A DNA stretch of 64,000 nt, taken from positions 32,001 to 96,000 of IMG/VR virus record IMGVR_UViG_3300045941_000233; one strand, given 5' to 3'. Below the pieces are notes generated by a model. The model was not told the DNA's origin and ran no database searches. It worked only from the letters and a program-made list of their open reading frames with translations. Within the stretch, counting starts at the first letter, position 1, and the number at the start of each line of letters is the position of its first letter. A program made the position numbers and the translations under genes. The stretch is from a virus. Shown in pieces: positions 54,008-63,144 of the stretch.

Positions 54008-55110
54008 GCGAGCCAGTGCTGGTCAAAGACCGCAGATTCATTCCAGTTGCCAAGCCCTGGATTACGGACTGTGAGATAGAGGCGGCAAGCAAGGTCGTTC
54101 GATCTGGCTGGATTTCGGCCGGCCAGCAAGTCGAGGAATTCGAGCATGAATTCGCGGCGGCCCACGGCAAAAGATACGGGGTCGCGTGCAACAGCGGGAC
54201 TACAGCGCTGCAGTTGGCCATCACGGCCGCCGGAGTTGAGGCCGGCGATCGTGTCGCATGCCCAACAATGACGATGGTGGCCTGCCCAAACGCCATCATT
54301 TCCGCCGGCGGCAATCCATTTTTGCTTGACTCCGTGCCGGGCTCCGGATGCATGGACCTGGACGAAATTCCAGCCCGTCGATATCGGCCGAAGGCCATTT
54401 TGTATGTTCACCTTTACGGGGTGCCGGTCGAGTTTGACGCTGACACTTGGATTGCGAAGGCGATCGAGGACTGCGCAGAAGCACACTACGGCAGTTTCGA
54501 AAACGGCTCACCGGTTGGCAGCCGCGGCGACTTTGCTTGTTTTTCGTTTTTCGCCAACAAGATCATTGCATGCGGCGAAGGCGGCATGGTCCTGACGAAC
54601 AGCGCCGAAGATGCCGAACGAATGCGAGGGCTCCGCGCCCATGCATTCACCAAAGGCGAGCACTTCCACCACCGCGAGCACGCCTTGGGTGTTCGCATGA
54701 CCGACATGCAAGCGGCAATCGGACTTTCCCAGCACCGACGGCGGGAACAGATAATCCAGCGGCGGCGCCGGATTTTCAGGCAGTACATGGCCGGCCCTTG
54801 GCCGGATTGGGTCCGGTTTCAGTGGCGAACTCCCGGCTCTGCCGATTGGGTTTTCCCTATTTTGGTTCGCGAAGGCTTCGGACTGACTCGCGACATGGTT
54901 CGCCAGCATCTCGGTTCGGCTGGAATAGAAACGCGATCATGGTTTAAGCCGATGCATCGGCAGCCGCACCTAAAGCGGTTCGCAGACGGAGAGCTCTTTC
55001 CAGTTGCCGACGATCTTGCACGGCGCGGCTTGTATTTGCCTATTTATCCGGAAATGACGGACGATGACGTTTCCTATGTCATCGAAACCGTTGCAGCCAT
55101 TCGCGCGTAG
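54004..55110 (+). CDS. DegT/DnrJ/EryC1/StrS PLP aminotransferase (perosamine-synthase-like)
   Basis: NSGTTAL, VHLYG, IEDCAEAH, FSFFANKIIACGEGG, RMTDMQAAIG, GLYLP. Confidence 0.9.
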   Translation: MSEPVLVKDRRFIPVAKPWITDCEIEAASKVVRSGWISAGQQVEEFEHEFAAAHGKRYGVACNSGTTALQLAITAAGVEAGDRVACPTMTMVACPNAIISAGGNPFLLDSVPGSGCMDLDEIPARRYRPKAILYVHLYGVPVEFDADTWIAKAIEDCAEAHYGSFENGSPVGSRGDFACFSFFANKIIACGEGGMVLTNSAEDAERMRGLRAHAFTKGEHFHHREHALGVRMTDMQAAIGLSQHRRREQIIQRRRRIFRQYMAGPWPDWVRFQWRTPGSADWVFPILVREGFGLTRDMVRQHLGSAGIETRSWFKPMHRQPHLKRFADGELFPVADDLARRGLYLPIYPEMTDDDVSYVIETVAAIRA

Positions 55111-55843
55111 CGCGCAGTATTACGACCAAATCTATTCCGGCGGACGGAAGCGGAACTACTCGCGCGAAGTTGACGTCATCGCGTCGTTTTTTGGTGAACT
55201 GCAGACCAACGGCCGACAGATAGTCGATTGGGGGTGCGGGACCGGTGAGCATCTTTCCCGCTGGCCGGCAGCGGCCCCCGGCTGGCAGGCTTCCGGCTTC
55301 GATCCATCCGACGGCATGGTTCAAATCTGCCAGCGAAAGGGCCTGGACGTTTATCACGGCGACATTTGCTCGACGCTGCCATGTCACGGGCTGGCGCCGG
55401 CGGCCGTGCAGACGTGCTTGTTTGGCGCTTTTGGTTATGCTGCCGCCGGCCCGGACTCCCGCGGCATGAACGCGGCCCTCGATAACGTGAAATGGTGGGC
55501 GGCTTCCGGCGGGCTGTTCATTCTCGACGTCGTGAATTATTTGGCCGCCGCTTGTCATCTTCGATCGCAAGATTGTTATCAGTGTCCGGAACTGCGCCGC
55601 ACGTTCCGCAAGCGGTTCGATCTGGAAGAATCTCTGCTGCATTATGAAATCGAGTACGAGCCGGCCAATGCGGCTTCTTTCGTGGAATCGCACGTCATGC
55701 GCGCCTTCACTCCGCGCGAGCTCCGCCAGGCCCTGCGGCTGAATGGGTTTGACGTTTTGCATTGCTTCGATCCAGAATCCGCGCAGATGTCGAAGCCGGG
55801 GCCGGAGAGCTTCTATTTCATGCTGGTAGCGCGGAAGCGATGA
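55064..55843 (+). CDS. class I SAM methyltransferase
   Basis: YYDQIY, DWGCGTG, GFDPSDGM, GGLFILD. Confidence 0.85.
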   Translation: MTFPMSSKPLQPFARSAQYYDQIYSGGRKRNYSREVDVIASFFGELQTNGRQIVDWGCGTGEHLSRWPAAAPGWQASGFDPSDGMVQICQRKGLDVYHGDICSTLPCHGLAPAAVQTCLFGAFGYAAAGPDSRGMNAALDNVKWWAASGGLFILDVVNYLAAACHLRSQDCYQCPELRRTFRKRFDLEESLLHYEIEYEPANAASFVESHVMRAFTPRELRQALRLNGFDVLHCFDPESAQMSKPGPESFYFMLVARKR

Positions 55844-56040
55844 CCGATTTCGATATTCAGGCGACGATCAAGCGCATCATTGCCCTATACCGCGAGCGCG
55901 GCTTGGAGCGGACGCGCGACGATATCGTCAAATACTCAAAGTCAATCGCCAAAAAGAACAAGATTTCCGAGACAAAGGCGCTGTTGGCGATCGAAAGGGA
56001 TTTACTCGACGACAACCCGAAGCCGGAGAAGTGGGACTAG
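55840..56040 (+). CDS. small hypothetical protein
   Basis: ATGA overlap. Confidence 0.55.
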   Translation: MTDFDIQATIKRIIALYRERGLERTRDDIVKYSKSIAKKNKISETKALLAIERDLLDDNPKPEKWD

Positions 56041-56937
56041 ATGGACGAAGCTGTTAAGACAGTGACCGCCGACGATCTGACGCCAGAGATGCGAAAGGTG
56101 ATGAGAATCCTTCATGGCGGACAGCGAACGATAGTATCCATCGCCCGCGAGCTCGGCTGCCAATATCGAATCTCTGACGCCAGCGTTCGCCGGTTGAGAG
56201 ATATCGGGCTTATCGAAATCGGCGAGCGGGAGATTGTTTCGCTGACTGAAGCCGGCCGCGGATTTGACCTTCAAACTTCAACCAGCAAAAAGCTTCAGAA
56301 TCTGACATTCAACGCCGGAATGATGCCGAAGCAGATTGAGGCGGCCGAAAAGAAACTGGAAAGAAAGATCAACAGGGAGATAGCCCGGGCTCACAGGCGA
56401 AAAGTCGGCTTAATAGAAGAACTGGACAGGGGATTCGTCACGTCCCCGTCGATGCCTGAACTTCCTGACGATTTCGTTCAGACGGCGGCCGAAGAGTGCC
56501 GGATTGCCATCCGCCGCGGGAATTTCGATTCGCTGCACGAACTGGCCGAGGATTTCCGCGAGCGATGGGACCGGATTCGGCTGGCCATGTCGCCGCTGGC
56601 GAAGAAGCCGATTGGACTCAGGCTGGCGACTTATCTCAGCGAGTGCCAGCACCCCGACACCGGGAAATTGATCGACGTGCGGATTGTTAATGCCGTCGAA
56701 AAGGTATGTCCGGCCACGCTTGGTTCGGTTCTGGAAAATTGGCCGAATGCGTTCGCCGGCCAGGCCAACGTCGGCCAGCTAATGATCGAATTGCTTGGCA
56801 AAGTCCTGTTGAGTGCCGGGCTCATCGACAGCGAAGAACACGACCGGCGCATGACCGATTCCGGCCTGAAGGACATACTTCGCCGCAAGAAACACCGCAA
56901 GCAGTGCGAGGAAGAATTGCGCTATGCCGTTGCTTAG
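56041..56937 (+). CDS. winged-helix domain protein (possible regulator)
   Basis: TIVSIARELG..VRRLRDIGLIE..SLTEAG. Confidence 0.6.
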   Translation: MDEAVKTVTADDLTPEMRKVMRILHGGQRTIVSIARELGCQYRISDASVRRLRDIGLIEIGEREIVSLTEAGRGFDLQTSTSKKLQNLTFNAGMMPKQIEAAEKKLERKINREIARAHRRKVGLIEELDRGFVTSPSMPELPDDFVQTAAEECRIAIRRGNFDSLHELAEDFRERWDRIRLAMSPLAKKPIGLRLATYLSECQHPDTGKLIDVRIVNAVEKVCPATLGSVLENWPNAFAGQANVGQLMIELLGKVLLSAGLIDSEEHDRRMTDSGLKDILRRKKHRKQCEEELRYAVA

Positions 56938-57739
56938 CCAGGACTTTGACGCCGACCTGACGGCTATCACGGTTGGCCTGTCGCGCGACTACAAAGGGCC
57001 GCCCTACGCTTTTTCGCGGTGGGCCGACGGCGAATGGGCTGTGGCGTTTGGGAAGTACCATTACGCCCAGTCCGACGGCTGGCAATGGAAAGACGGGCAC
57101 CGCAATTTGCTTTCCGATTGCCTACTGGACTCGCTGGCTTATTGCGACCCTGGATGGTATGTCGGCATTACGTGCGAGCCACATCACCCGCAGATTCACG
57201 CCGATCTTTTGAAGTACGTCAACGTGCCGCCGGAGCAACTGACGTTCGCCGAAGTCTTTATTTTTGCCAATTATTGGCGGTGGGCGCAGATTGATATCGC
57301 CGGCTGCCTGACCGTCGGCCCGGGCGGCGACTTCAATGTCCCAGACAATGGCGTCGAAACCGGCTGGCTGTGGCACGATCTGGCCGAAGAGATGATCGAG
57401 GAAGCCGGCGGACCGATCCTGGTTGCCGCCGGACCGCTGTCGAATGCCATTATTTACGAGTATTGGCGCCGCAGTGCTCACCGGCCGGCCTGTCGGCAAG
57501 TGATTCTGGACGTCGGCAGTGCCTTGCGGCTTACCAAGCGATCGAGGGCCGCCCCTGGCCCATACCGGGTCGTCGGCGACAGGCTGGTTCGCGTCCGCGG
57601 CCGCCGTAGCAGCATCACGCGCGAATATCAGCGGATGGAGCGGCCGGCGGCCAAGTGGCGCCCCGGCTGGAAATTGAAGCCCGGCGAGCAGCCCGGCATT
57701 CCCGGGTATGAATTGACGGATTCCGAGGGCGAGCCGTAG
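56924..57739 (+). CDS. GT-D/DUF1792-like glycosyltransferase
   Basis: FSRWADGE (cf. RFGDGE), LVAAGPLS and ILDVGSAL. Confidence 0.55.
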   Translation: MPLLSQDFDADLTAITVGLSRDYKGPPYAFSRWADGEWAVAFGKYHYAQSDGWQWKDGHRNLLSDCLLDSLAYCDPGWYVGITCEPHHPQIHADLLKYVNVPPEQLTFAEVFIFANYWRWAQIDIAGCLTVGPGGDFNVPDNGVETGWLWHDLAEEMIEEAGGPILVAAGPLSNAIIYEYWRRSAHRPACRQVILDVGSALRLTKRSRAAPGPYRVVGDRLVRVRGRRSSITREYQRMERPAAKWRPGWKLKPGEQPGIPGYELTDSEGEP

Positions 57740-57748
57740 CGTTCGGAC

Positions 57749-58873
57749 ATGGAAGTCGGCGGCCCTTATTCTGCTTTGAAGGTTTTCCACCACAGAGACC
57801 GGCTGGAACAGCTAAAGCGCGGCGAGCAGATCGTCCCGACGCAGCTTCAGATAATTCTCAGCGACCTTTGCAACCACGATTGCAGCTTTTGTTCGTATCG
57901 ATGGTCCGGATACACGTCGAACGAGCTTTTTACCGCCGGCGCCGAGCTCGCCGCGTTTGGGACCAATAACCCAAACCGGATGCTGCCTTACGAGAAAGTG
58001 ATCGAAGTTCTGGACGACTGCCAGGAGATGGGCGTTCAGGCGATCCAGTACACCGGCGGCGGCGAGCCGACGGTTCACCCCAAACACCGCGAGCTATTCC
58101 AGGCGACGATCGACCGCGGCCTGCAGTTTGCGCTAGTGTCCAACGGCGCCATTTTCCGGAAGGCGTCCGCCGACGTTCGATCGACCGTCGATTTGCTGCT
58201 GGAAGCGGCTTGGGTGCGGTTTTCGATCGACGCCGGCAATTCGAACACCTACTCCGCCATCCGCCGCATACCGAAAACAATATTCAGGCAGGTAATCGAC
58301 AACATTCAATCACTCGTTGACGCCAAGGCTGCCGCCGGCCGCGGTCCGATCATCGGAATCGGGTTTGTCGTCACAAAGGAAAACTGGCGCGAAGCGGCTC
58401 AGGCGGCCGAGCTCGCGAAGACGATTGGCGCCGACAATATTCGCATCAGCGCCGTTTTTCAGCCGGACGACGACGCCTATTTTCGGGACTTTCATCTCAA
58501 TGCGGCCGCCGCGTGCCGTGAGGCCACAAAATTCGCCGACGCGAGCTTTGCTGTCTTCAATCGATTCTCGGACCGGCTAGAGGATCTTCACGACAAGCAC
58601 CCCGACTACTCGTTTTGCGGCTATCAGCAATTCAATTGCTACCTGGGCGGAGACATGTCCGTGTACCGGTGTTGCAACACGGCCTATTCGCTGCACGGTC
58701 TCATCGGTTCGATCAAGGATCAACGATTCAAGGATTTGTGGGCGTCCGAAGTGAAGCGGCGAAAGATTGGCGACTTTGACGCCAGCGGCTGTCCGAGATG
58801 TATGTTCAATCGCGTCAATAAGACGATCAACTACGCGCTTGGCGAAAAGGCTGAGCATACGGCTTTCGTATGA
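57749..58873 (+). CDS. radical SAM protein with SPASM/twitch domain
   Basis: CNHDCSFC, TGGGEP, VYRCC, CPRC. Confidence 0.9.
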   Translation: MEVGGPYSALKVFHHRDRLEQLKRGEQIVPTQLQIILSDLCNHDCSFCSYRWSGYTSNELFTAGAELAAFGTNNPNRMLPYEKVIEVLDDCQEMGVQAIQYTGGGEPTVHPKHRELFQATIDRGLQFALVSNGAIFRKASADVRSTVDLLLEAAWVRFSIDAGNSNTYSAIRRIPKTIFRQVIDNIQSLVDAKAAAGRGPIIGIGFVVTKENWREAAQAAELAKTIGADNIRISAVFQPDDDAYFRDFHLNAAAACREATKFADASFAVFNRFSDRLEDLHDKHPDYSFCGYQQFNCYLGGDMSVYRCCNTAYSLHGLIGSIKDQRFKDLWASEVKRRKIGDFDASGCPRCMFNRVNKTINYALGEKAEHTAFV

Positions 58874-59715
58874 CGATTTACCTGAATCCAGAAATACGAT
58901 CCGGCTTGGGCGAAGATACGTTCTGGACTTGGGCCGCGAGGGAATTCCCCGGGGCGACATTCGATAGTCCGCCGGGCCGCCCGCTTAACGCCGACGAAGT
59001 TGTGCTGCAATACAGCACGCTTGGACATCCACAAAACGCCGACGACAACACGGTCGCGCTGCTTTGGGAACTTCACCCCGAGATGCGATTGCAACTCGAC
59101 AGTCAGGAGTGGAACGAAGTTATCGAGCGGACCGAGCTATGTGCCGCCGGCTGCCATCGTCGCGCCGTCTCCACCCGTTTCGCTGTGCCTTTTTATGAGC
59201 GATTCGGCAAGGTCGATATCCTGCCGATTGGCGTGGACTGCGATCTATTCCAGCCACAACCGGAAAACGTCAGGCAGGCAACACGGCTCTTGTCTTGTGT
59301 TCCGAACGACGCCCGCGTCGGCTTCTGGATGGGCACCAATCACCGCATGAAGGGCAGCGATCGGCTAGTCCAGTATGCCCGCGACAATCCGGACATTTTC
59401 TGGATCGTCGTTTGGAAGTCGAAGCGCGAGCGCGGCGAGGCGCCGGTCAATTCAAAGGAATACGTTCATGTCACCCAGGACGTGCTTGCTGGGCTGATGG
59501 CCTGCTCTGATTTCCTGCTGGCCACTGGCCGTCTGCGGCCCTGGTTCATGGTCGAGTGGGAGGCGATGGCCGCCGGCTTGCCGGTTGTCGATCTGAGCGG
59601 CCTGGAACGCGAATTCGCGCCGTCGGCAAATCCGCGACAGCAAGTGATTGAGCTTGGCTGGGACCGGAAGACGGCAAGGGAAACCTGGCTGAAATATTTG
59701 GGAATTCAAGGATGA
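58870..59715 (+). CDS. GT-B (GT4-like) glycosyltransferase
   Basis: PIGVDCDLF, MKGSD, WEAMAAGLPVV. Confidence 0.75.
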   Translation: MTIYLNPEIRSGLGEDTFWTWAAREFPGATFDSPPGRPLNADEVVLQYSTLGHPQNADDNTVALLWELHPEMRLQLDSQEWNEVIERTELCAAGCHRRAVSTRFAVPFYERFGKVDILPIGVDCDLFQPQPENVRQATRLLSCVPNDARVGFWMGTNHRMKGSDRLVQYARDNPDIFWIVVWKSKRERGEAPVNSKEYVHVTQDVLAGLMACSDFLLATGRLRPWFMVEWEAMAAGLPVVDLSGLEREFAPSANPRQQVIELGWDRKTARETWLKYLGIQG

Positions 59716-60476
59716 CATACCGCCCGCGCATCTCCATTGCCGCCCTGATTTACCGCTCGACACGGTTCGCCGATTCGGTTTACGCATCGCTTCAGGAATT
59801 CACGCCATGGCTTCAGGATCCAGAGGCGCGTACCCGGTTTTTCTTTGTCCTGAACGATCCAGAAAAGGGCCTGCTTGGCCACATCATGCAAAAGGGCTAT
59901 CCGTGGGTTATGCACCACGTCCCGAAGCCCTGGCTGACTGAGGATGAGCTCTTCGCGCAGGGCTACGGCACCCCCGAGTACATTTCGCGCGTTTATCGGG
60001 CGTGGAATCACGCCATCATGCACGGCGACGAAATTTGCGTCCTGGTGAATAGCGACCACATTTTTTCGCCGAACTGGCTAGAAAACCTGATTCGGCCGCT
60101 GCTTGAAAACCCGCGGCAGTTGGTTTGCTCTCAGGCGATCGAGCTCCCGGGCTTCAACGGCGCCTGGCCGGTCGATTTCGGCCGAAAACTCGACACGTTC
60201 CGCAAGGATGAATTCCTGGAATTCGTCGAAGCAAACAAGCAGCCGGGAGTCGTGCGGCCGAGCGGGGTCTATATGCCGGTGGCGTTCTATCGCCACTTTG
60301 CCATCGGCGCCGGCCTGTACCCGGAAGGCAACCTGCACGGCGGACGGTACGACAAGATTGCCAAATTCGGCGATGCCGCGTTTTTTGAAAGAATGGAAGA
60401 AAAATACAATATCCAGCACGTTACAGCGATGGACTCCATAGTCTATCACTTTCGAGAGGCTGAGAGGCTGGAATGA
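59712..60476 (+). CDS. GT2-like glycosyltransferase
   Basis: RAWN, LVNSDHIFSPNWLENL, GDAAF, VYHF. Confidence 0.7.
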   Translation: MTYRPRISIAALIYRSTRFADSVYASLQEFTPWLQDPEARTRFFFVLNDPEKGLLGHIMQKGYPWVMHHVPKPWLTEDELFAQGYGTPEYISRVYRAWNHAIMHGDEICVLVNSDHIFSPNWLENLIRPLLENPRQLVCSQAIELPGFNGAWPVDFGRKLDTFRKDEFLEFVEANKQPGVVRPSGVYMPVAFYRHFAIGAGLYPEGNLHGGRYDKIAKFGDAAFFERMEEKYNIQHVTAMDSIVYHFREAERLE

Positions 60477-61273
60477 ACACCGAAGATACGCAGGGAATCA
60501 GAAGTAGTGTTTTACCGTCGAAGGGCAGAGTGGTTTACGAGTTCTCTGCGGACCCGAACGCAGAGTACCGTCCTGTCTTAAATTTCCCCAATTATGCTGT
60601 CGGATCGGACGGGACAGTATGGACTGCTCATGGCGGCTGGATTAAGCAGATGAAGGTCAATTCTTTCAACAAGAAATATAACGGATGTAATCTTGTATGC
60701 GGCAGCCGAAGGAGACGGGTTTGCATTCATACGCTTGTCTTGGAGGCTTTTGTTGGCCAGCGCCCAAAAGGCATGAGTTGCCGACATTTAGACGGAAACG
60801 GATTTAATAATCGACTCGACAATCTAAAGTGGGGGACTCCGCTAGAGCAGTCTGGGGACCAAAAAAGACACGGGACGAATCTGATCGGATCAAGACAAAA
60901 CAAGTCCAAGCTATCTGAAGTGGACATTGCGGCAATCAAAAAAATGCTAATCGGCAATGTGCCAACAAAGGAGATTGCATTTTATTTTGGAGTTTCCTCG
61001 AACACGATAACGAGAATCGCAAGCAACAAAACATGGAAGCACGTAAAAACGGCTCCGGTCCCTCTAAAAGACAGGGCTGGCCAGAAAGGAAGCGACCATT
61101 ACGCAGCAAAAATCAGCGAAGACATTGCCAGGGAAATATTTGCCAGGTCGAGGGCCGGCGAGAGCGGCCGTTCACTTGCCATGGAGTTTGACGTTTCAAG
61201 CCAACTTGTCAGCAATATCATTCGCGGCAAAGCATGGAAACATGCAACTCGACAACTCCAAATTTCAGCATGA
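60473..61273 (+). CDS. NUMOD4/HNH homing endonuclease-like protein
   Basis: NYAVGSDG, HTLVLEAFVG..CRHLDGNGFNNRLDNLKW; two C-terminal HTH-like repeats; visibly A-richer than its flanks. Confidence 0.9.
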   Translation: MNTEDTQGIRSSVLPSKGRVVYEFSADPNAEYRPVLNFPNYAVGSDGTVWTAHGGWIKQMKVNSFNKKYNGCNLVCGSRRRRVCIHTLVLEAFVGQRPKGMSCRHLDGNGFNNRLDNLKWGTPLEQSGDQKRHGTNLIGSRQNKSKLSEVDIAAIKKMLIGNVPTKEIAFYFGVSSNTITRIASNKTWKHVKTAPVPLKDRAGQKGSDHYAAKISEDIAREIFARSRAGESGRSLAMEFDVSSQLVSNIIRGKAWKHATRQLQISA

Positions 61274-61938
61274 GCCACCACCCGTCAGCAATTGCGATCT
61301 ACGATGCCGTTCCGCGGTCTGTCCTGGCTGCCGCGAGGGAGTTCATTGAATCGCTTGGCCCTGAAAGCTTCGACGTCTATTCGCACCCTTTCGAGCCGAA
61401 AATCCAGGTCAAAAAACAGCTTTACAACAACTTGGCGCTATGGCGGGTCGTCCTTGCGATCAATGAGCGGTTTGGCCATCTGTTCGCGCAAATGTTTGGC
61501 GATCTGCCGGCCCTGCAGCCATCCTCCAACTACTTCCGGGCGTTTTACATCTACCGCACCGGCGACTATCTGCAGAACCACATCGACGCCGCATTCCACG
61601 ACAACGAGCGGAAAGTCGTCACGGCCAATCTGTATCTGACCGACTGCGAGGGCGGGGAGTTGTTTGTTGGCGATCAAGCCATCCCGCCGGCCGCCGGCTG
61701 CCTGGTGGTCTTCGCCAATCGCGACAATGCCTATCATCGCGTCAGTCCGGTTCGATCTGGCCGCCGGATCATGCTCACCACTGGATTTTGCATGCCGGCC
61801 GACATGTTTCCGCGGCCGGACTTCACCTGGAACAACAAAAAAGCTTGGTTCGCGCCGGCGCCAGGCGAGGAATGGACCGAAGAGCAATTCAAGATGCGAA
61901 ACGAGCGAGCGGACCCGAATTGGAGGCCCGTGAAGTGA
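61270..61938 (+). CDS. 2OG-Fe(II) oxygenase
   Basis: HID, NLYL..EGGEL, YHRVSPVRSGRR. Confidence 0.85.
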   Translation: MSHHPSAIAIYDAVPRSVLAAAREFIESLGPESFDVYSHPFEPKIQVKKQLYNNLALWRVVLAINERFGHLFAQMFGDLPALQPSSNYFRAFYIYRTGDYLQNHIDAAFHDNERKVVTANLYLTDCEGGELFVGDQAIPPAAGCLVVFANRDNAYHRVSPVRSGRRIMLTTGFCMPADMFPRPDFTWNNKKAWFAPAPGEEWTEEQFKMRNERADPNWRPVK

Positions 61939-62393
61939 GTCGCGAGTATCGCAGCGTCAACCTTGGCGCTGGCCCCTACAAAACCCCGGGCTGGACGAAT
62001 ATCGACATCAATCCGGCACACAAGCCGGATATCGTGCGCGACGTCCGCCGCGGCCTGCCGTTCGACGATTCAAGCTGCGAGCACGTTCGAACGAGCCATT
62101 TTTTGGAACATCTGGCAAATGACGACATGATTTGGCTGATGGGAGAGATTTACCGGGTTTTGAAGCCCGGCGGCCACTGGCAGATCGTCGTTCCGCTGGG
62201 CTGCACCGGCGAGCTCGACCACAAAATGCAATTCACGGAAGGGAGCTTCGATATCCTGACGCGGCCCGAGACGTCCGACTATTTTCAGCAGCCGATGCGA
62301 TGGGAAGAGGTCGAAGGCATGCGCCGAGTTGAGGAAGAGCCGACGCGCAAGGGAGTCTTTTCGCTGCATTTGAGGTTGCGGGCGATCAAATGA
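61935..62393 (+). CDS. SAM methyltransferase (Methyltransf_11-like)
   Basis: NLGAG, LPFDD, SHFLEH, YRVLKPGG; GTG start in a GTGA overlap. Confidence 0.85.
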   Translation: MSREYRSVNLGAGPYKTPGWTNIDINPAHKPDIVRDVRRGLPFDDSSCEHVRTSHFLEHLANDDMIWLMGEIYRVLKPGGHWQIVVPLGCTGELDHKMQFTEGSFDILTRPETSDYFQQPMRWEEVEGMRRVEEEPTRKGVFSLHLRLRAIK

Positions 62394-63112
62394 AATGCTC
62401 GATCGTCATGGCGACACATGAGCGGCCGGAGCTCTTGGCCCGCACGCTCGACAGCATCGCCCGCCAGCGGCCGCCGTTCGAATTCGAAGTGATTGTCGTC
62501 GATGACGGTTCCGAGTCGCCGGAGATACAGCGGATTGTTACGGCGCGAGGATACGGGTATTTCCGGATCGACCGCGAGCCAGGCTATCGCAATCCCGGTC
62601 CGGCCAGGAATTTCGGATATCGGGTTGCCCGCGGGGAAGTGGTCATCTGCCAGAGCGACGATGTAGTGCACCGGTCGGCGGACTGCATCGCAAAGCTGGT
62701 GAAACTTGTCGCAAACGACAATTTCGTCATTGCGACGGTGTTCAACGGCGACATAGACGACTGCGAGCTCCCGAACGACGTTTACACGTCGCCGCAAAAG
62801 CCATCGCCGCTGTTTTTCCTGGGTGCCATTCAGCGCCGGCACATCTACGCCATCGGCGGCAATGACGAAGATTTCACAGAGCCGGGCTACGACGACAACT
62901 ATTTCGCGGACTGTCTCATCCAGGGCCTGGGGCTGACGCCGCTGTTCACCGACGAAGTTGTCGGAATCCACCAAAAGCATGAGCGTCCGCGACTGGTTGG
63001 CGCCTATCGCCACATGCGAGCCATTTACGAGCGGAAATTCGCCTACTCCAAAGCCAAAGGGGTATGGGTGGCGATCGGTGGCGCGTGGCCGATGGATAGG
63101 CCGACGGTTTGA
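62390..63112 (+). CDS. GT2 glycosyltransferase
   Basis: SIVMATHER, VIVVDDGS, ARNFG, QSDD, GYDD. Confidence 0.9.
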   Translation: MKCSIVMATHERPELLARTLDSIARQRPPFEFEVIVVDDGSESPEIQRIVTARGYGYFRIDREPGYRNPGPARNFGYRVARGEVVICQSDDVVHRSADCIAKLVKLVANDNFVIATVFNGDIDDCELPNDVYTSPQKPSPLFFLGAIQRRHIYAIGGNDEDFTEPGYDDNYFADCLIQGLGLTPLFTDEVVGIHQKHERPRLVGAYRHMRAIYERKFAYSKAKGVWVAIGGAWPMDRPTV

Positions 63113-63144
63113 CGATTTGCGGGCGGCTTTTCTAGTCTCGCCCG
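63109..63144 (+). promoter_or_regulatory. putative leaderless promoter
   Basis: TTGACG-N18-TAGTCT-N6-ATG(63145). Confidence 0.5.
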
